This document shows, piece by piece, positions 26,689-39,538 of a DNA stretch of 64,000 bases; positions within the stretch are counted from its first letter, which is position 1; each line of letters opens with the position of its first letter. A program made the translations under genes and the position numbers. The notes below the pieces were generated by a model. It was not told the DNA's origin, did not search any database, and saw only the letters and a program-made list of their open reading frames with translations. Source of the DNA: Mobula hypostoma. Taxonomy: Eukaryota. Where the stretch lies: assembly GCF_963921235.1 (NCBI RefSeq), contig NC_086097.1, positions 46,378,001 to 46,442,000 of the forward strand, given 5' to 3'.

Positions 26689-28203
26689 TACCCTCCTTTT
26701 GGCTCCTAGACAAGAATCTGTCCCAGGAAGACCAAACTTTAAAGAGGATCTGATTAAACAGGACAGTGAAAATGCTCTTCACTTCAGATCCCTTCCCCAA
26801 TTACTAACCTATCATATCGCTATGTGTACCAACATCTACACTATCTATCATCCTTAATCAGCTATCTACAAGACCGCGCAGAGATGATAATGGAATATTC
26901 CAGAAATTTGATCACATCCTCTTCGCCCCTTTAATCTCTGATAGCTAAAACTATGAGTAGTGGCCGTCAGTAGTTACTCTGTGGGCAGGGTTTCAGCAAG
27001 GTAATTTTGTTTCAGGTTCACAGGCAACAGTTCACATTCCATGCCATGACTGAAGATTATTAAAATGATCTTGACAACCTGTCTTTTGGTCGATCTACAG
27101 GAGGGTTGGGGTGGTCCCTATTTGAAAAGCTGCAAGGACCGCACCCTGATGGAACCCCCTCCTGGACTGCCCTTTCGATTGCAGGCTCAACCACAGAAAG
27201 GACCCAGCTTATTCGTGTTCACTCCCCATCAGCTCGGGTAGCTGCCTTCCAAAGCTGTGTGTGACTTCTTCTCTCCTTCTCATCCGCCTTGCCATTAAGG
27301 TTGAGGAACTTGATGCATCTGCCTCAACTCAGATCCCTTCCCATCTATTTTTTCCAAACTCTTTCTATTCTGATCAATACAACTAATTATCTACCTCCAA
27401 GAACCAACCTCCATGACAAAGTATAGTTACCGTTATACTTTAAACTTTATCAATAGTTCACTGACATGCTGTCTCTCCAGGTCTGCACACAAGTACAGGC
27501 GACATTTGTCCAGACCACCACCTGTGGCCCTATCCACATGGGAGTGAAACCTGTCTTTTCAGGCAGCTCCCTTACTATGGCATGGTCACCTAGCTGTGGG
27601 AGGACCATCTTCTGTCCCTCTGGATCCCTCTGATCAGCAAGATGTTTTGGTCAATCCCCCAATGAGTTAACGTGATTGCAATAGCTCTTCACATTTCCAT
27701 ACAGACTTACTAAATTGGCTCTAGTAGTTTCTTCCTGTACACTGTAATTTCTTTTTCTTCTGTTGCTCACTTTGCCCCCTGACGTGCCCACCTATTTCCT
27801 GTCTGCTCCTTACTCTCCCCTTCCTGGAACATCTTTACTTTAATTGCTGCTGCCTCTGCAGGCAGCTGTACTACTTCTAAAAAGCCTTCACTGTGTTTGG
27901 CCTCTACCCTTGGGACATCCTGACATGATTCATGTTCATTGTTCTGTCTCCTACCCCTGCTTGGGGCTGCTGTCTCACTGTGAGCCATATTGTCTGCCCT
28001 GAATATCATACATGTTTGTTGTCCCTGTCTTGTCCATGTTACCACTCCTTTTCCTGAATGCTTGATAGCACCTGCCTACTTAATGTGCCTATCCCAGGAC
28101 AGTACTTTCATTGTTTGGGCACACCCAAAAATCTGCAGGAAGACTTGTTCTTGTTTGAATTAATATCTGCGATATTCACATATCTCTAGAATACTCCCTA
28201 ACA
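25928..28203 (-). mobile_element. Internally deleted endogenous retrovirus-like LTR element
   Basis: TG...CA termini; 5-bp TSD GACAC (25923-25927 and 28204-28208); PPT AAAAGGAGGGTA at 26689-26700; RNase H remnant LEVVQLPAEAAAIKVK..GNRWA (~27767-27890); integrase C-terminal remnant LGDHAIVRELPEKTGFTPMWIGPQVVV (~27484-27598). Confidence 0.85.
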
Positions 28204-28840
28204 GACACAATTAGGTGGTGGTGTTACTTACAGAAAATAAAACATTTTGCAGAACCTGAACAGTCACTTGGACAAACAAAGACCAGTGAAAGGATTTCAG
28301 ATTGGAATATTAAGGGAAAACATGTTTGACTGACTTGATTCTGTTCTTTTTTATGAGGCAATATTAAAATTAGTTAAGGAATCTTGTGGGAATGGTATCT
28401 TTATTAGGCTTCATGTTATAAGTATATTATTACAGAATACAAGTGGAAGTGAAAGGATATCGTGTATATGACTTCAAGCAAGGGGCAGAAACCAGAGGGC
28501 TGCAGAAAATGGCTTATTTTTGGACTGGAGTTCCCTGTCTTCAAGGATCACTACTGATTCTGATGGACATTAATGACTTATATATTGGGTGTAGGGGACA
28601 ATCTTGAAACTTGCAGATGATAGGAAACTCGGAAGAAATGCAAATTCTGTGAAAGTAGGAGAAGATATCAAAGTGCCAATGGACTATGAGAGGGGGATGT
28701 GGGAGCAGTGGGAAATTATAAGTTGTTTATTCTCAATGTGAAAATGTTACATTTGGTTTGAAAGGATGAGGAGAAACAATATAAGCTAAGTGAATCAAAT
28801 TAATAGTGATCCAGAAAGAGAAAGATGGTGGTTGTAGACT

Positions 28841-29360
28841 GTAAGACATAGGAGCAGAATTAGGCCATTTGGCCTATTGAGTCTGCTTCGTTATTCCATC
28901 ATGGCTGATTTATTATCCTTCTCAACTCCATTCTCCTGCTTTCTCCCTGTAACCTTTGATAGCCTGGCTAATCAGGAATCTATCACTCCCGCTTTAAATA
29001 TATCCATTGACTTGGTCCTCACTGTGGTCTGTGGCAATGAATTCCACAGAATCACTACCTTCTGGCTAAAGAAATGCCTCCTTATCTGGGTTCTAAATGG
29101 ATGTCCCTCTATTCTGAGGCTGTGCCCTCTGGTCCTAGACTCCTCCACCAAAAGGAAACATCCTCTCCACGTCCACTCAATCTTGACCTTTCAATAATTG
29201 ATGGGTTTCAATGAGATCCCCCCTCATTCTTCTAAGCTGCAGGACCAGAGATATCAAACACTCCTCATATATTAATCCTTTTATTCTTGGAACCATTCTC
29301 ATGAACCTTCTCTGGACCCTCTCCAATACCAGCACATCTTTTCTTAAATAAAGGGGACAC
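28841..29360 (-). mobile_element. CR1 3' fragment
   Basis: YLRKDVLVLERVQRRFMRMVP..RRMRGDLIET and CR1 tail. Confidence 0.85.
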
Positions 29361-29656
29361 ATAACGAATGAACCCAGGACCCATTCTCACAGCACTAGCT
29401 ATGTACTAATAGACAAAGAAAGAGAAAAAAAAACCTTACTAGAAATTTACTTAGAGCCTCTGCTTATTTTTGGCCAAGCCTTTTCTCACCTAAGCTCATT
29501 GAGCGAAAGTCTGGCCACTCTTAACACTGTTTACTTCAACCAACCCTGTGAATGTGGAAGGACAAGTTAAAAAGAAAGCAACTAATAAGACACGCAACAT
29601 ACATCAAAGTTGCTGGTGAACGCAGCAGGCCAAGCAGCATCTATAGGAAGAGGTGC

Positions 29657-29692
29657 AGTCGACGTTTCAGGCCGAGACCCTTCGTTAGGACT
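29657..29692 (-). ncRNA. Hammerhead ribozyme copy with core mutation (CUGA to CUAA)
   Basis: AGTC-CTAACGA-agggtctcggcct-GAAA-CG-TC-GACT. Confidence 0.75.
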
Positions 29693-31132
29693 AACTGAAG
29701 GAAGAGTGAGTAAGGGATTTGAAAGTGGGAGGGGGAGGGGGAGATCCAAAATGATAGGAGAAGACAGGAGGGGGAGGGATAGAGCCAAGAGCTGGACAGG
29801 TGATAGGCAAAAGGGGATACGAGAGGATCATGGGACAGGAGGCCCAGGGAGAAAGACAAGGGGGGAGGGGAACCCAGAGGATGGGCAAGGGGTATATTCA
29901 GAGGGACAGAGGGAGAAAAAGGCGAGTGAGAGAAAGAATGTGTGCATAAAAATGAGTAACAGATGGGGTACGAGGGGGAGGTGGGGCATTAGCGGAAGTT
30001 AGAGAAGTCAATGTTCATGCCATCAGGTTGGAGGCTACCCAGACGGAATATAAGGTGTTGTTCCTCCAACCTGAGTGTGGTTTCATCTTTACAGTAGAGG
30101 AGGCCGTGGATAGACATGTCAGAATGGGAATGGGATGTGGAATTAAAATGTGTGGCCACTGGGAGATCCTGCTTTCTCTGGCGGACAGAGCGTAGATGTT
30201 CAGCAAAGCGGTCTCCCAGTCTGCGTCGGGTCTCACCAATATATAAAAGGCCACATCGGGAGCACCGGACGCAGTATATCACCCCAGTCGACTCACAGGT
30301 GAAGTGATGCCTCACCTGGAAGGACTGTTTGGGGCCCTGAATGGTGGTAAGGGAGCAAGTGTAAGGGCATGTGTAGCACTTGTTCCGCTTACATGGATAA
30401 GTGCCAGGAGGGAGATCAGTGGGGAGGGATGGGGGGGACGAATGAACAAGGGAGTTGTGTAGGGAGCGATCCCTGCAGAATGCAGAGAGAGGGGGGGAGG
30501 GAAAGATGTGCTTAGTGGTGGGATCCCGTTGGAGGTGGCGGAAGTTACGGAGAATAATATGTTGGACCCGGAGGCTGGTGGGGTGGTAGGTGAGGACCAG
30601 GGGAACCCTATTCCTAGTGGGGTGGTGGGAGGATGGAGTGAGAGCAGATGTACATGAAATGGGGGAGATGCGTTTAAGAGCAGAGTTGATAGTGGAGGAA
30701 GGGAAGCCCCTTTCTTTAAAAAATGAAGACATCTCCCTCGTCCTACACTCAGGTTGGAGGAACAACACCATATATTCCGTCTGGGTAGCCTCCAACCTGA
30801 TGGCATGAACATTGACTTCTCTAACTTTCGCTAAGGCCCCACCTCCCCTTCGTACCCCATCTGTTACTCATTTTTATGCACACATTCTTTCCCTCACTCT
30901 CCTTTTTCTCCCTCTGTCCCTCTTAATATACCTCTTGCCCATCCTCTGGGTCACCCCCCCCGTCTTTCTTCCCGGACCTCCTATCCCATGATCCTCTCGT
31001 ATCCCCTTTTGCCTATCACCTGTCCAGCTCTCGGCTCTATCCCTCCCCCTCCTGTTTTCTCCTATCATTTTGCATCTCCCCCTCCCCCTCCCCCTCCAGC
31101 ATTCAAATCCCTTACTCACTCTTCCTTCAGTT

Positions 31133-31168
31133 AGTCCTGACGAAGGGTCTCGGCCTGAAACGTCGACT
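31133..31168 (+). ncRNA. Minimal type I hammerhead ribozyme, intact core
   Basis: AGTC-CTGACGA-AGGgtctcggCCT-GAAA-CG-TC|GACT; stem I AGTC/GACT, stem II AGG/CCT, palindromic ACGT stem III; predicted cut after 31164. Confidence 0.88.
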
Positions 31169-33361
31169 GCACCTCTTCCTATAGATGCTGCTTGGCCTGC
31201 TGCGTTCACCAGCAACTTTGATGTATGTTGCTTGAATTTCCAGCATCTGCAGAATTCCTGTTGTTTGCGAACTAATAAGACACCATGTATTCTGCTTTTT
31301 ATAAATTGATTGTTAAAGCCAAGAAGTGATTCTAGCTGAGTAAAACTTTAGTTTTCCCTAGCTGGAGTACTGTATATAATTTCAGGCAAAACTTGAGACC
31401 TGAGAACACGTAAGAGATTTACAAAGAAGTTCTAAGGTTGAGAGATCCTGGCTGCATGGATAGTTTGTAGGAATTGGGATTGTAGGGTGTGATTGGAACA
31501 GAGAATGTTGAAATGACATTTGATAGAGATGCTTAAATCATTAAAATTATAGATAGTGTAAAAAAAAGATAAACTATCTACAGTTGCAGGAGGATCAGCC
31601 ATGCATTTAAAGTGATTGGCAAACAATCCTCAGGTGACATGATAAAATATTTTACTTAACGTGGTTAGGATTTTGAAGTCACTGCCTAAACTAATAATGG
31701 AAAACGACTTTGTATAGTTTCCAAATGCATTAAGAACTGCTCTTCGAAAGGGCTGAATGGCCTCTATCCATCTGTTGAAGAGAAACTTTGGCATAGTAAT
31801 GAATTTGGAACATGTTGTGCTGCTGTTACACAGGAAGATTGGAGATATGACCTGTGATATAATTCCAAGAGGCCACATCCTTCCAGCCTCTTTCCCTAGT
31901 TCAAGGCTATTATATGAATTAAACTGGATATCCTGAATGACATCACAGCTTCTATTCAAATAACTGACTCGCACACGGTCAAAGATGCAACCCAAGACTG
32001 AATGAATGAATTTATGCATAACTAAGAAGAAAGAGGAGCAAAGAGGTAAGTAACACACAATAAATTAGACAGAGAATTCACTAGTTCTATTATTAAATTA
32101 TTTTTAAAGTCAACAGTACTTTATTCATCCAATTAAGTGGATGCTAGTAAAAATTTTGATTTTGCAACAACTCATTTTCAAACTGAATTCAAGCTACTTG
32201 ATTCTTATTTCAGAACGTGTTTCAGCTTATAGTTTGCAACAACTCAACTTGATATATAGAAGATTTAGAATCAGTGAATATTAATTATTGAATGAGGTAA
32301 TTCAAAGCAATCAGTTATTTCCACTCATTTTACCTAACTCCCCCTCCCCCATTTCTGTATCCAGTTTTATTTTGATGGTTGCTATTAATTCCACTGTCAT
32401 CATAAATTGTTGCTTTCTCTTCTGCTGCAGCTACTAATTGATCTGATATTGAGTTTAAAAAGCTGATATTGCCAATCTGCCTAATGCAGTTCTGGTGGAA
32501 GTTCTGCTCCAGAAGACCATGTAATATATTTTGTGGAAGTTTACCTTTCAGAAATTGTTAATGAGCATTTCTCAACATGCTTAAATCTGTTAAATGGGAT
32601 TAAATGACGTCTGAAGTTCTGAAAATTGTGGGATTTTAGAGCCTAAATTATTTATTTGCTCAACTTTAATGCTATTGGTTAAGTGCATCTCCTGCACACC
32701 TCAGCTGTAATTAACATAATTGAGCAGATGGTTACCCATTCAGCAGCTGAGCAGATTGCCTACTCTAACATGATAATGACAATCATATCAATCATGGACC
32801 AATCACTGGAAACAAAACTATATTTCTTGCTTTATTTTGAATATAATGTGATCTTAATTATTCCTCCTTTTAAAAGAGTCTCTTTTCAGATTATAGTGCT
32901 ACATTTCAAAATAAGGAGAAAAATATCTTCATTTAGTGCTAAAGGCCAGTTCAGATACATTTTGTTTGAGATGTGCTTAACCAAATGTCATTTAAGATAT
33001 AAGACTTCAGTGGTATGAATCCAATGGTCAAACTGAAATACTATTTGTCAGCAGACAGATAATATGTACATTGCTATTTGTTTCCCAAAGATCACCAGTT
33101 TGAGCCTTGGTGTATCATGTCTATTGTATGCAAAGGTTTAAAAACAATTTCATGGGAATTAAATGATGCTGTTAATGTGAGGTAATTATTTTAAAATGAC
33201 TTTTAATCCCTTATCCCAGCTCTAGCATTTAATGAGATCTCATCTGATATTTTACTTAGGGTCATTTATATGCACAAACTATCCCTTGGTTCCCTGATAT
33301 CCAGAAATCTGATTATCTTGGTCTTTAATATATTCAGTGACTGAGCTTCACAGCCTTCTTG

Positions 33362-34632
33362 AAAAGAGAATGCCAAAGACTGACAATGCAATTGTTTCTG
33401 TCTTGTCCCACCTGGAAAATGGGGTCTCATATGTCAGGCTGCTGTTTACAGACTTCACTTCAGCATTTAACACTATCATGCCCCAGAAACTGGTGGGAAA
33501 ATTGTCCCTACTGGGCCTCAACACCTCCCACTGCAACTAGATCCTGAACTTCTTAACAGAAGGGCCATAGTCAGTCTGTGTGGGCAGCAACGTCTCCAGT
33601 CCCATCATTACACCGAGTGCTCAGCCTGCTACTGTTCACACGGCTGAGGCATGACTGGGTCGCAGGATTCAACTCAAATCGCGCCATCAAGTTTGCAGAT
33701 GACACAACAGTGATTGGCCTCATCATCAACGATGATTCAGAGTACAGAGAGGAAATGGAGCAGCTGGTGGACTGGTGTGAGAAGAACAATCTAAGTCTGA
33801 ATGTGGCGAAGACCAAGGAAATCATTGTGGACTTCAGGAAAGTGCAGATGAACCATCCCCTTCTACGAATACATGGCTCCTCCATAGCGAGAGTTAAGTG
33901 CACCAAGTTCCTGGGAGTTCACATTATGGATGACCTCATCTTCCTGAATAAGAAGGCATGGCAGCATCTCCACTTCCTAAGGAGATTGAGGAAAATGAGG
34001 CTTGCACCCCCATATTAACTACAATTTATAGGAGTGCCATTGACAGCATCCTGACAAGTTACATCTCCATCTGGTAAGACAGCAGCCAAGCATCGGACCA
34101 GAAGTCCCTGCAAAGGACTGTGAGAATGGTTGAGAGGTTCATAGGAGTCTCCCTACTATCCATCGGGGACATTTATCAGGAGTGCTGTGTATGGAGGGGA
34201 CTTAGTATTATCAGGGATCCCACCCATCCATCCAACATCCTCTTTGACTTTCTACCATCAGGCAAGAGACTCCGATGCATAAAAACAAGAACGGTCAGGA
34301 TGGGAAACAGCTTCTTCCCTCGGGCCGCTAGGATTCTGAACTCCCTGCCGCATCGTGTGTTGCTTGAATTTCTAGCATCTGCAGATTTCCTCGTGTCTGC
34401 ATTCAAAGCGCCATTGGTTAATCTGTTCTGTACCTTACAACATATAAATTATGCACTTTAGTTAGTTTATTTATGCTTAGTTCATCTGTAGATTTTATCC
34501 TTATTTTTATGTTATTGTGCGTTATATATGTTATGTATACTACAGCACTTTTCACCCTGGTTTGGAGAAATGTTGTCTTGCTTGATGGTATACGTGTATA
34601 TAGTTAAATGACAATAAACTTACCTTGACTTA
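33362..34632 (+). mobile_element. Decayed Rex1/Babar-like LINE
   Basis: [65 protein letters not shown]; tail gacaataaacttaccttgact. Confidence 0.88.
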
Positions 34633-36659
34633 ATGATGAGATAACAACTGTGGTTCTCAGTGAGAAGGAAAACTTTGGACTGTGGGATAATGTAGATGGG
34701 CAGAGAATTGTGAGGTTATGCATTTGGAGGAATGCAGCAAGGCCAAGAAGTTCAATCAATAGATTGATACTGAGTGTTGTGGAGAAACAAAAGAAGAACT
34801 TAGAACCTATGGTAACAAATCCTGAAAGAAATCTGGACGGATCAATAATGTGATTAAAATGTCACATGAAATATTTTCCTTTCTTAGCTGAGATATACAA
34901 TATAAAAGAGGGACAGCTGTACCTCAACCGTATATAACATTCGTTAGACCATGGGCTGAGTTCAGCACACTCCTGCTACCACGTCACAGGATATATGTTA
35001 TATAATAGGGTTGATGGAGAGGGGATTTATGAAAATTTGGCCACGATTTGAAAACTGTAGCCGTGAGGAAAGATTGAATGAACTGGTTTTATTTGAAACA
35101 AAAGAGGCCGAGGGAAAGATGTGGTTGAGGTGTAGCTAAAACAAATTGTAGTCTACTTCCTTTAGCAAAGATATCAAAAACATGGAGCATAAATTTAAAT
35201 TTAAAATAATTAGCAGAAGGATTAGAAGGGAGATGAAGTAAAAAAAATTACCCAGAGAATGGTAAGGATCTGAAACTCACTGCCAGAAAGGATGGTAGAA
35301 ACCCTCATCGCAGTTAAAAATTCCTTGTTTGTGCACTTGAAGAGCAGTGACCTGCTTGGACCTAGTGCTGGGATAGCAGTTCTTTGATCTGCATGAAGAA
35401 CACAATTGACTGAGTAAACTTTCAATCATTCTGTGATTCACAAACTTTTTTGATACTTCATCATAGGCAGCAGAAGGAAGGAGGGAACAAACAACCTACA
35501 GGTTGAGCAGCATCTCTGGGGGGAAGGAGTCGTTGACATTTCAGGTGCATGAGGGCCACAAGATTGCACATTACTTTAGATATTAGCATCTGAACTCTCT
35601 GTGTCATCAAGAAGAATGGGGTGCCTGATAATCAGCATCTTGTCAGAGTTCCCTTAAATTACAGGGGAAAATTGGAAGGAGCAATGAGGTCATGTAGAAT
35701 GAAACCAATAACTATGCAGCTAAGAAGGTCAAGGTGCACTGATTCCTACTTACTGATACAGAACATCCCTCCTTCACTGGGACCTTTAGTCCCTGCATGA
35801 CCTCTACTTAGTCCCTGTGCCATCTTAAAAACTGCTGCACTGTGTTGGCCAGTCTACTCCACACTCACGGCAGAAGTGAGGAAAACACTGCTTATTCAGC
35901 ACTCTAATGTATCATTTCTTAATGCATGCATTACTAAATGACAATAAAAGAGGACTGCGCGTCTTCATAATCTAATGACCGTCCTACAGGTGTCTGATTT
36001 AATACTTCCAGACATATTCAGATTATGATAATCAGTAATTTGAACCAGAATTCTGTACTATAACCATTAAATGGACGTGTTTTTGTATCACAAAACCCAT
36101 TTAATATCTGATTTCAGTTTTTCATTAAAATCAATTTCTGCAAAGGAGCATTTTTTCACAGGTTGCATTAGGTATTAGTTTCCAATATCTAGACTTAGGA
36201 AAACAGTATAAGCTTATTTTATATCAAAGGTTCAAAGGTTCATTTATTAGCGAAGTATACAACTATGAAAATTTTCTTCTCCAGATATCCACGAAACCAA
36301 GAAAGAAAAGAATGACAGCACGATCGTCAATCCCCAAATCATCAACCCCCAAATCCCTCCTCCTTATGCAAAAAAACCAAACAAAATGGAACATATAAAT
36401 GGAAAATACTGGAGATGCTCCCAAATCTGTAAGTACTCAGCATACCAGACAGCATCTGTGGAGAGAGAAAAATAAGAGTTACCTTGTTATCATAAATAAA
36501 AGCGAAGGGTGGGAAAAGGAGAGGAAACGATAAAGACAGGGCTGTGCTGGAGTAGAAGACAAAAGATATTAAATGGTGTAATGCAGGACAAATAAAGGGG
36601 AAAATGGAACAGATGAAGAAATAAAAGATCAATATTAAATATAGATAGAAGATTCAAAG

Positions 36660-37660
36660 TTGGCTGACTGGCAGGACACAGAGAGTAGGAATAAAGGGGG
36701 CCTTTTCTGGTTGGCTGTCAGTGACTAGTGGTGTTCACCACTAGTAGGAAGGCTTCTTTTCACATTGTATGTCAATGATTTCGATGGACTGAATTGATAG
36801 ATAGGTGGAGGTGCAGGTAGTGTTGAGGGACAATACAGATTAGGAGAATGGGCAAGGAGGTGGCAGATGGAATACAGTGTAGTGAAGAGTATAGCCATCC
36901 ACTTCGGTAGATGGAATAAAGGTGCAAACTATTTTCCAAAAAGGGAGCAAATTCAGAAATTGGAGGTGCAAGGAGACTTAGGAGTCCTAATACAGGATTT
37001 TCTAAAGATTAACTTGCAGGTTGAGTTGGTAGTAAGGAAGGCAAATGCAATTATAGCATTCATTTTGAGAGTATTAGAATATAAAAGCAAGAGTGGAATG
37101 CTGAGGGATTAAAAGGCATTTTTCTGCACTTGGAGTATTGTGAGCAGTTTTGGGAACCTTATCTAAGAAAGGAAATGCAGGCATTGGAGGAGGTTCATGA
37201 GAATTATCCCAGGAGAGAGGAGCATTTTATGGCTCTGAGCCTGTACTCACTGGAGTTTAGAAGCATGAGGGGATCTCACTGCAGTTTGTTAAATATTAAA
37301 GGCCTGGATAGAGTGGATGTGGAGAGGATGTTCCCTATAGTGGAGGAGTCCAGTGCTAGAGGGCACAGATTCAGAATAAAAGGATGCCTCTTTACAACAG
37401 AGATGAGGAGGAATTTCTTTAGACAGAGGGTGGAGAAACTGTGGAATTCATTGCCACAGACAGCTGGGGAGGCCAAGTCATTGTGTATAGTTAAAACGCT
37501 GGTAGACAGATTCTTGATTAGTCATGGCATCAAAGGTTACAGAGAGAAGGCAGAAGAACAGGGTGGAGAGGGATAATAAATCAGTCAGGATGGGACGGTG
37601 GAGCAGACTTGATGCGTTGAATGGCCTAATTCAGCTCCCAATTCTTATGGTCCTATGGTT
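36660..37660 (+). mobile_element. Decayed CR1 3' part
   Basis: [31 protein letters not shown]; tail (ttatgg)n-like. Confidence 0.88.
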
Positions 37661-39365
37661 TATGAGTTACTATTCTTTAATTGATTTATTTCATTCCTTA
37701 CCTAAATTTTCTCACTTATGATTTGAGAATTACATTCTGTATACAATTATTCAATATATAAATGAATAAACTCTCTAGAATTTTTCAATCTATTCTTATT
37801 TTGAGTTAACAACAAGTCACACCATAACCTTCTCCAATTATCTTGAACTTATGAATGATTCCAACTTTGGATGATAATATATTTACCGCATTTTATATTT
37901 GATCCAAAAATATAATGACCCAAGATTAATTCAGGTCAATGCATGTGTTTTCATAAAATCACATACACTCACAGCACGTGAGTGGTTTTATGGTTGACAT
38001 AAATGGCTTCCTATGCTTGGTTTCTAGATTTTTACAAGATGATTATGTTCTGTCTGTAATTGCTGCAAGTACCTATGGCACTAGGAACTTAGATCAATCT
38101 TTGAGCTAATCCTGGGGATTGTCCTGTGGGATAATTCATTTAGCGATCAGTACTGTATAAAAACATTAATCAGAGAGGCCATAAAAATTGAAGGGGTGTG
38201 GCACATGCCACTGTAAAAAAGATTTATATACATTATGGAGCCGGATATAGGATTTTTACCAAGTGATTTTTTTTGTGCTTACTTGATGAAAGAAAGCTTA
38301 GTATTGAGACTGTAATGAAAAGAAACAGAAAGTACTTTTCTACAACAATTATACCTATTACCAGATTAAATGTATATCCTCTTCTCTGCAGTGCCCAGTA
38401 CTCCTGATTGTTAATATTGGCACATTAGTTATTTATTTAATTTATGGCAATTATTTTCTGGTCATGTGCTGTGATCATAATGCTGCCTAATTATTTGTAG
38501 TTTACTGATTTACATAACACTATTGGGAAAGATGGGAACCCAAGAAATTATTTGCTCATTGTTTGGTGAGGCCTGAAGTAGATGATGGATTCAAAAGCAC
38601 CACAATACCGATAAAGGCGGTACAGACAGAGACTTTTGAAACAGAAAGTAATCTATGCTTCAACATAGCTTTATTTTCTTTTAGACTTTAAGCTCCCACT
38701 GTATCCTGAGGGAAGAATTTGATTACCGGAAGTAATAAATAAATATAAAAGACAATATGTTATTGTACAGTTTGTCTTTGGGCAAATGTGGTGTCCCAAA
38801 ACTCAATTAAAATATTAACTGAATTCTGGGAAAGAGTAAAAATGTGCAATTTCAAGTCTTCAAAAAATAAATTGTCAAGAATTTTTCAATCACTTATCAC
38901 CGCGCTGTCCTCTTCTTTAATAACCGCTTTGTTATTGCCGCGCTGATTATTTCATTAAATAAAACATTAGAATGAGTCTCTTGAATCTAACTGGCAACAG
39001 TGCAATTGAAATAAATTGTGAGTTACATTTTAGCCCTGATTGTGCTATACTCTTCCATAAGAATAATATATTGGTCTTTGACAGTAATATGCATTCTAGA
39101 GCTGCGTGCATTCTGCTGACAATATTATTTAATGTACTGCATTCTTACTTGCTAGAACCATAATTTGTTGTTGTGAACAATGTGGTTTATTTCAATTGGA
39201 ACTTGACGAATTTGAATATTTTAACAATACAGGCAACTTCTTGTTTATTAAGAAACAGTACCTGGAATTAATCCAGGAAAAGAACCCCATAAACAAAAAA
39301 AGGTATGCCACCAAAGATGCAGGGTTATTCATGATAAAGTAACACATAAACCAGCTGAAATATTG

Positions 39366-39501
39366 GAATCAGAATCAGGTTTAATTCCACCAGCCTATGC
39401 CGTGAAGTTTGGATATTTGTTAACTTTGCAGCAACAGTACAATGCAATATGTGATAATAGAGGGGAAAAGAAGATTGTGAATTATGATAAGTATATATAT
39501 G

Positions 39502-39538
<37 letters not shown>

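Larger units (their letters stand above)
29594..31269. mobile_element. Penelope-like element insertion 1: inverted arms (minus arm 29594-30745, plus arm 30745-31269)
   Basis: GIY-YIG endonuclease VIYCVRCSRCGLLYIGETRRRLGDRFAEH with Cys linker PCKRNKCYTC (ORF 29989-30795); 14-bp TSD AACTAATAAGACAC at 29580-29593 and 31270-31283. Confidence 0.93.

Noticed and set aside
29610..30002. Recurrent ORF MLVNAAGQAASIGRGAVDVSGRDP.. (also 30874-31215, within 52708-53469 and 56368-57327)
   Set aside because: Antisense to the pyrimidine-rich Penelope 3' UTR; recurs only because the repeat recurs, and frames differ between copies
38670..38740. Acceptor-like tttattttcttttag followed by DFKLPLYPEGRI* and AATAAA
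   Set aside because: No partner exons and no recognisable protein; plausible by chance in AT-rich DNA
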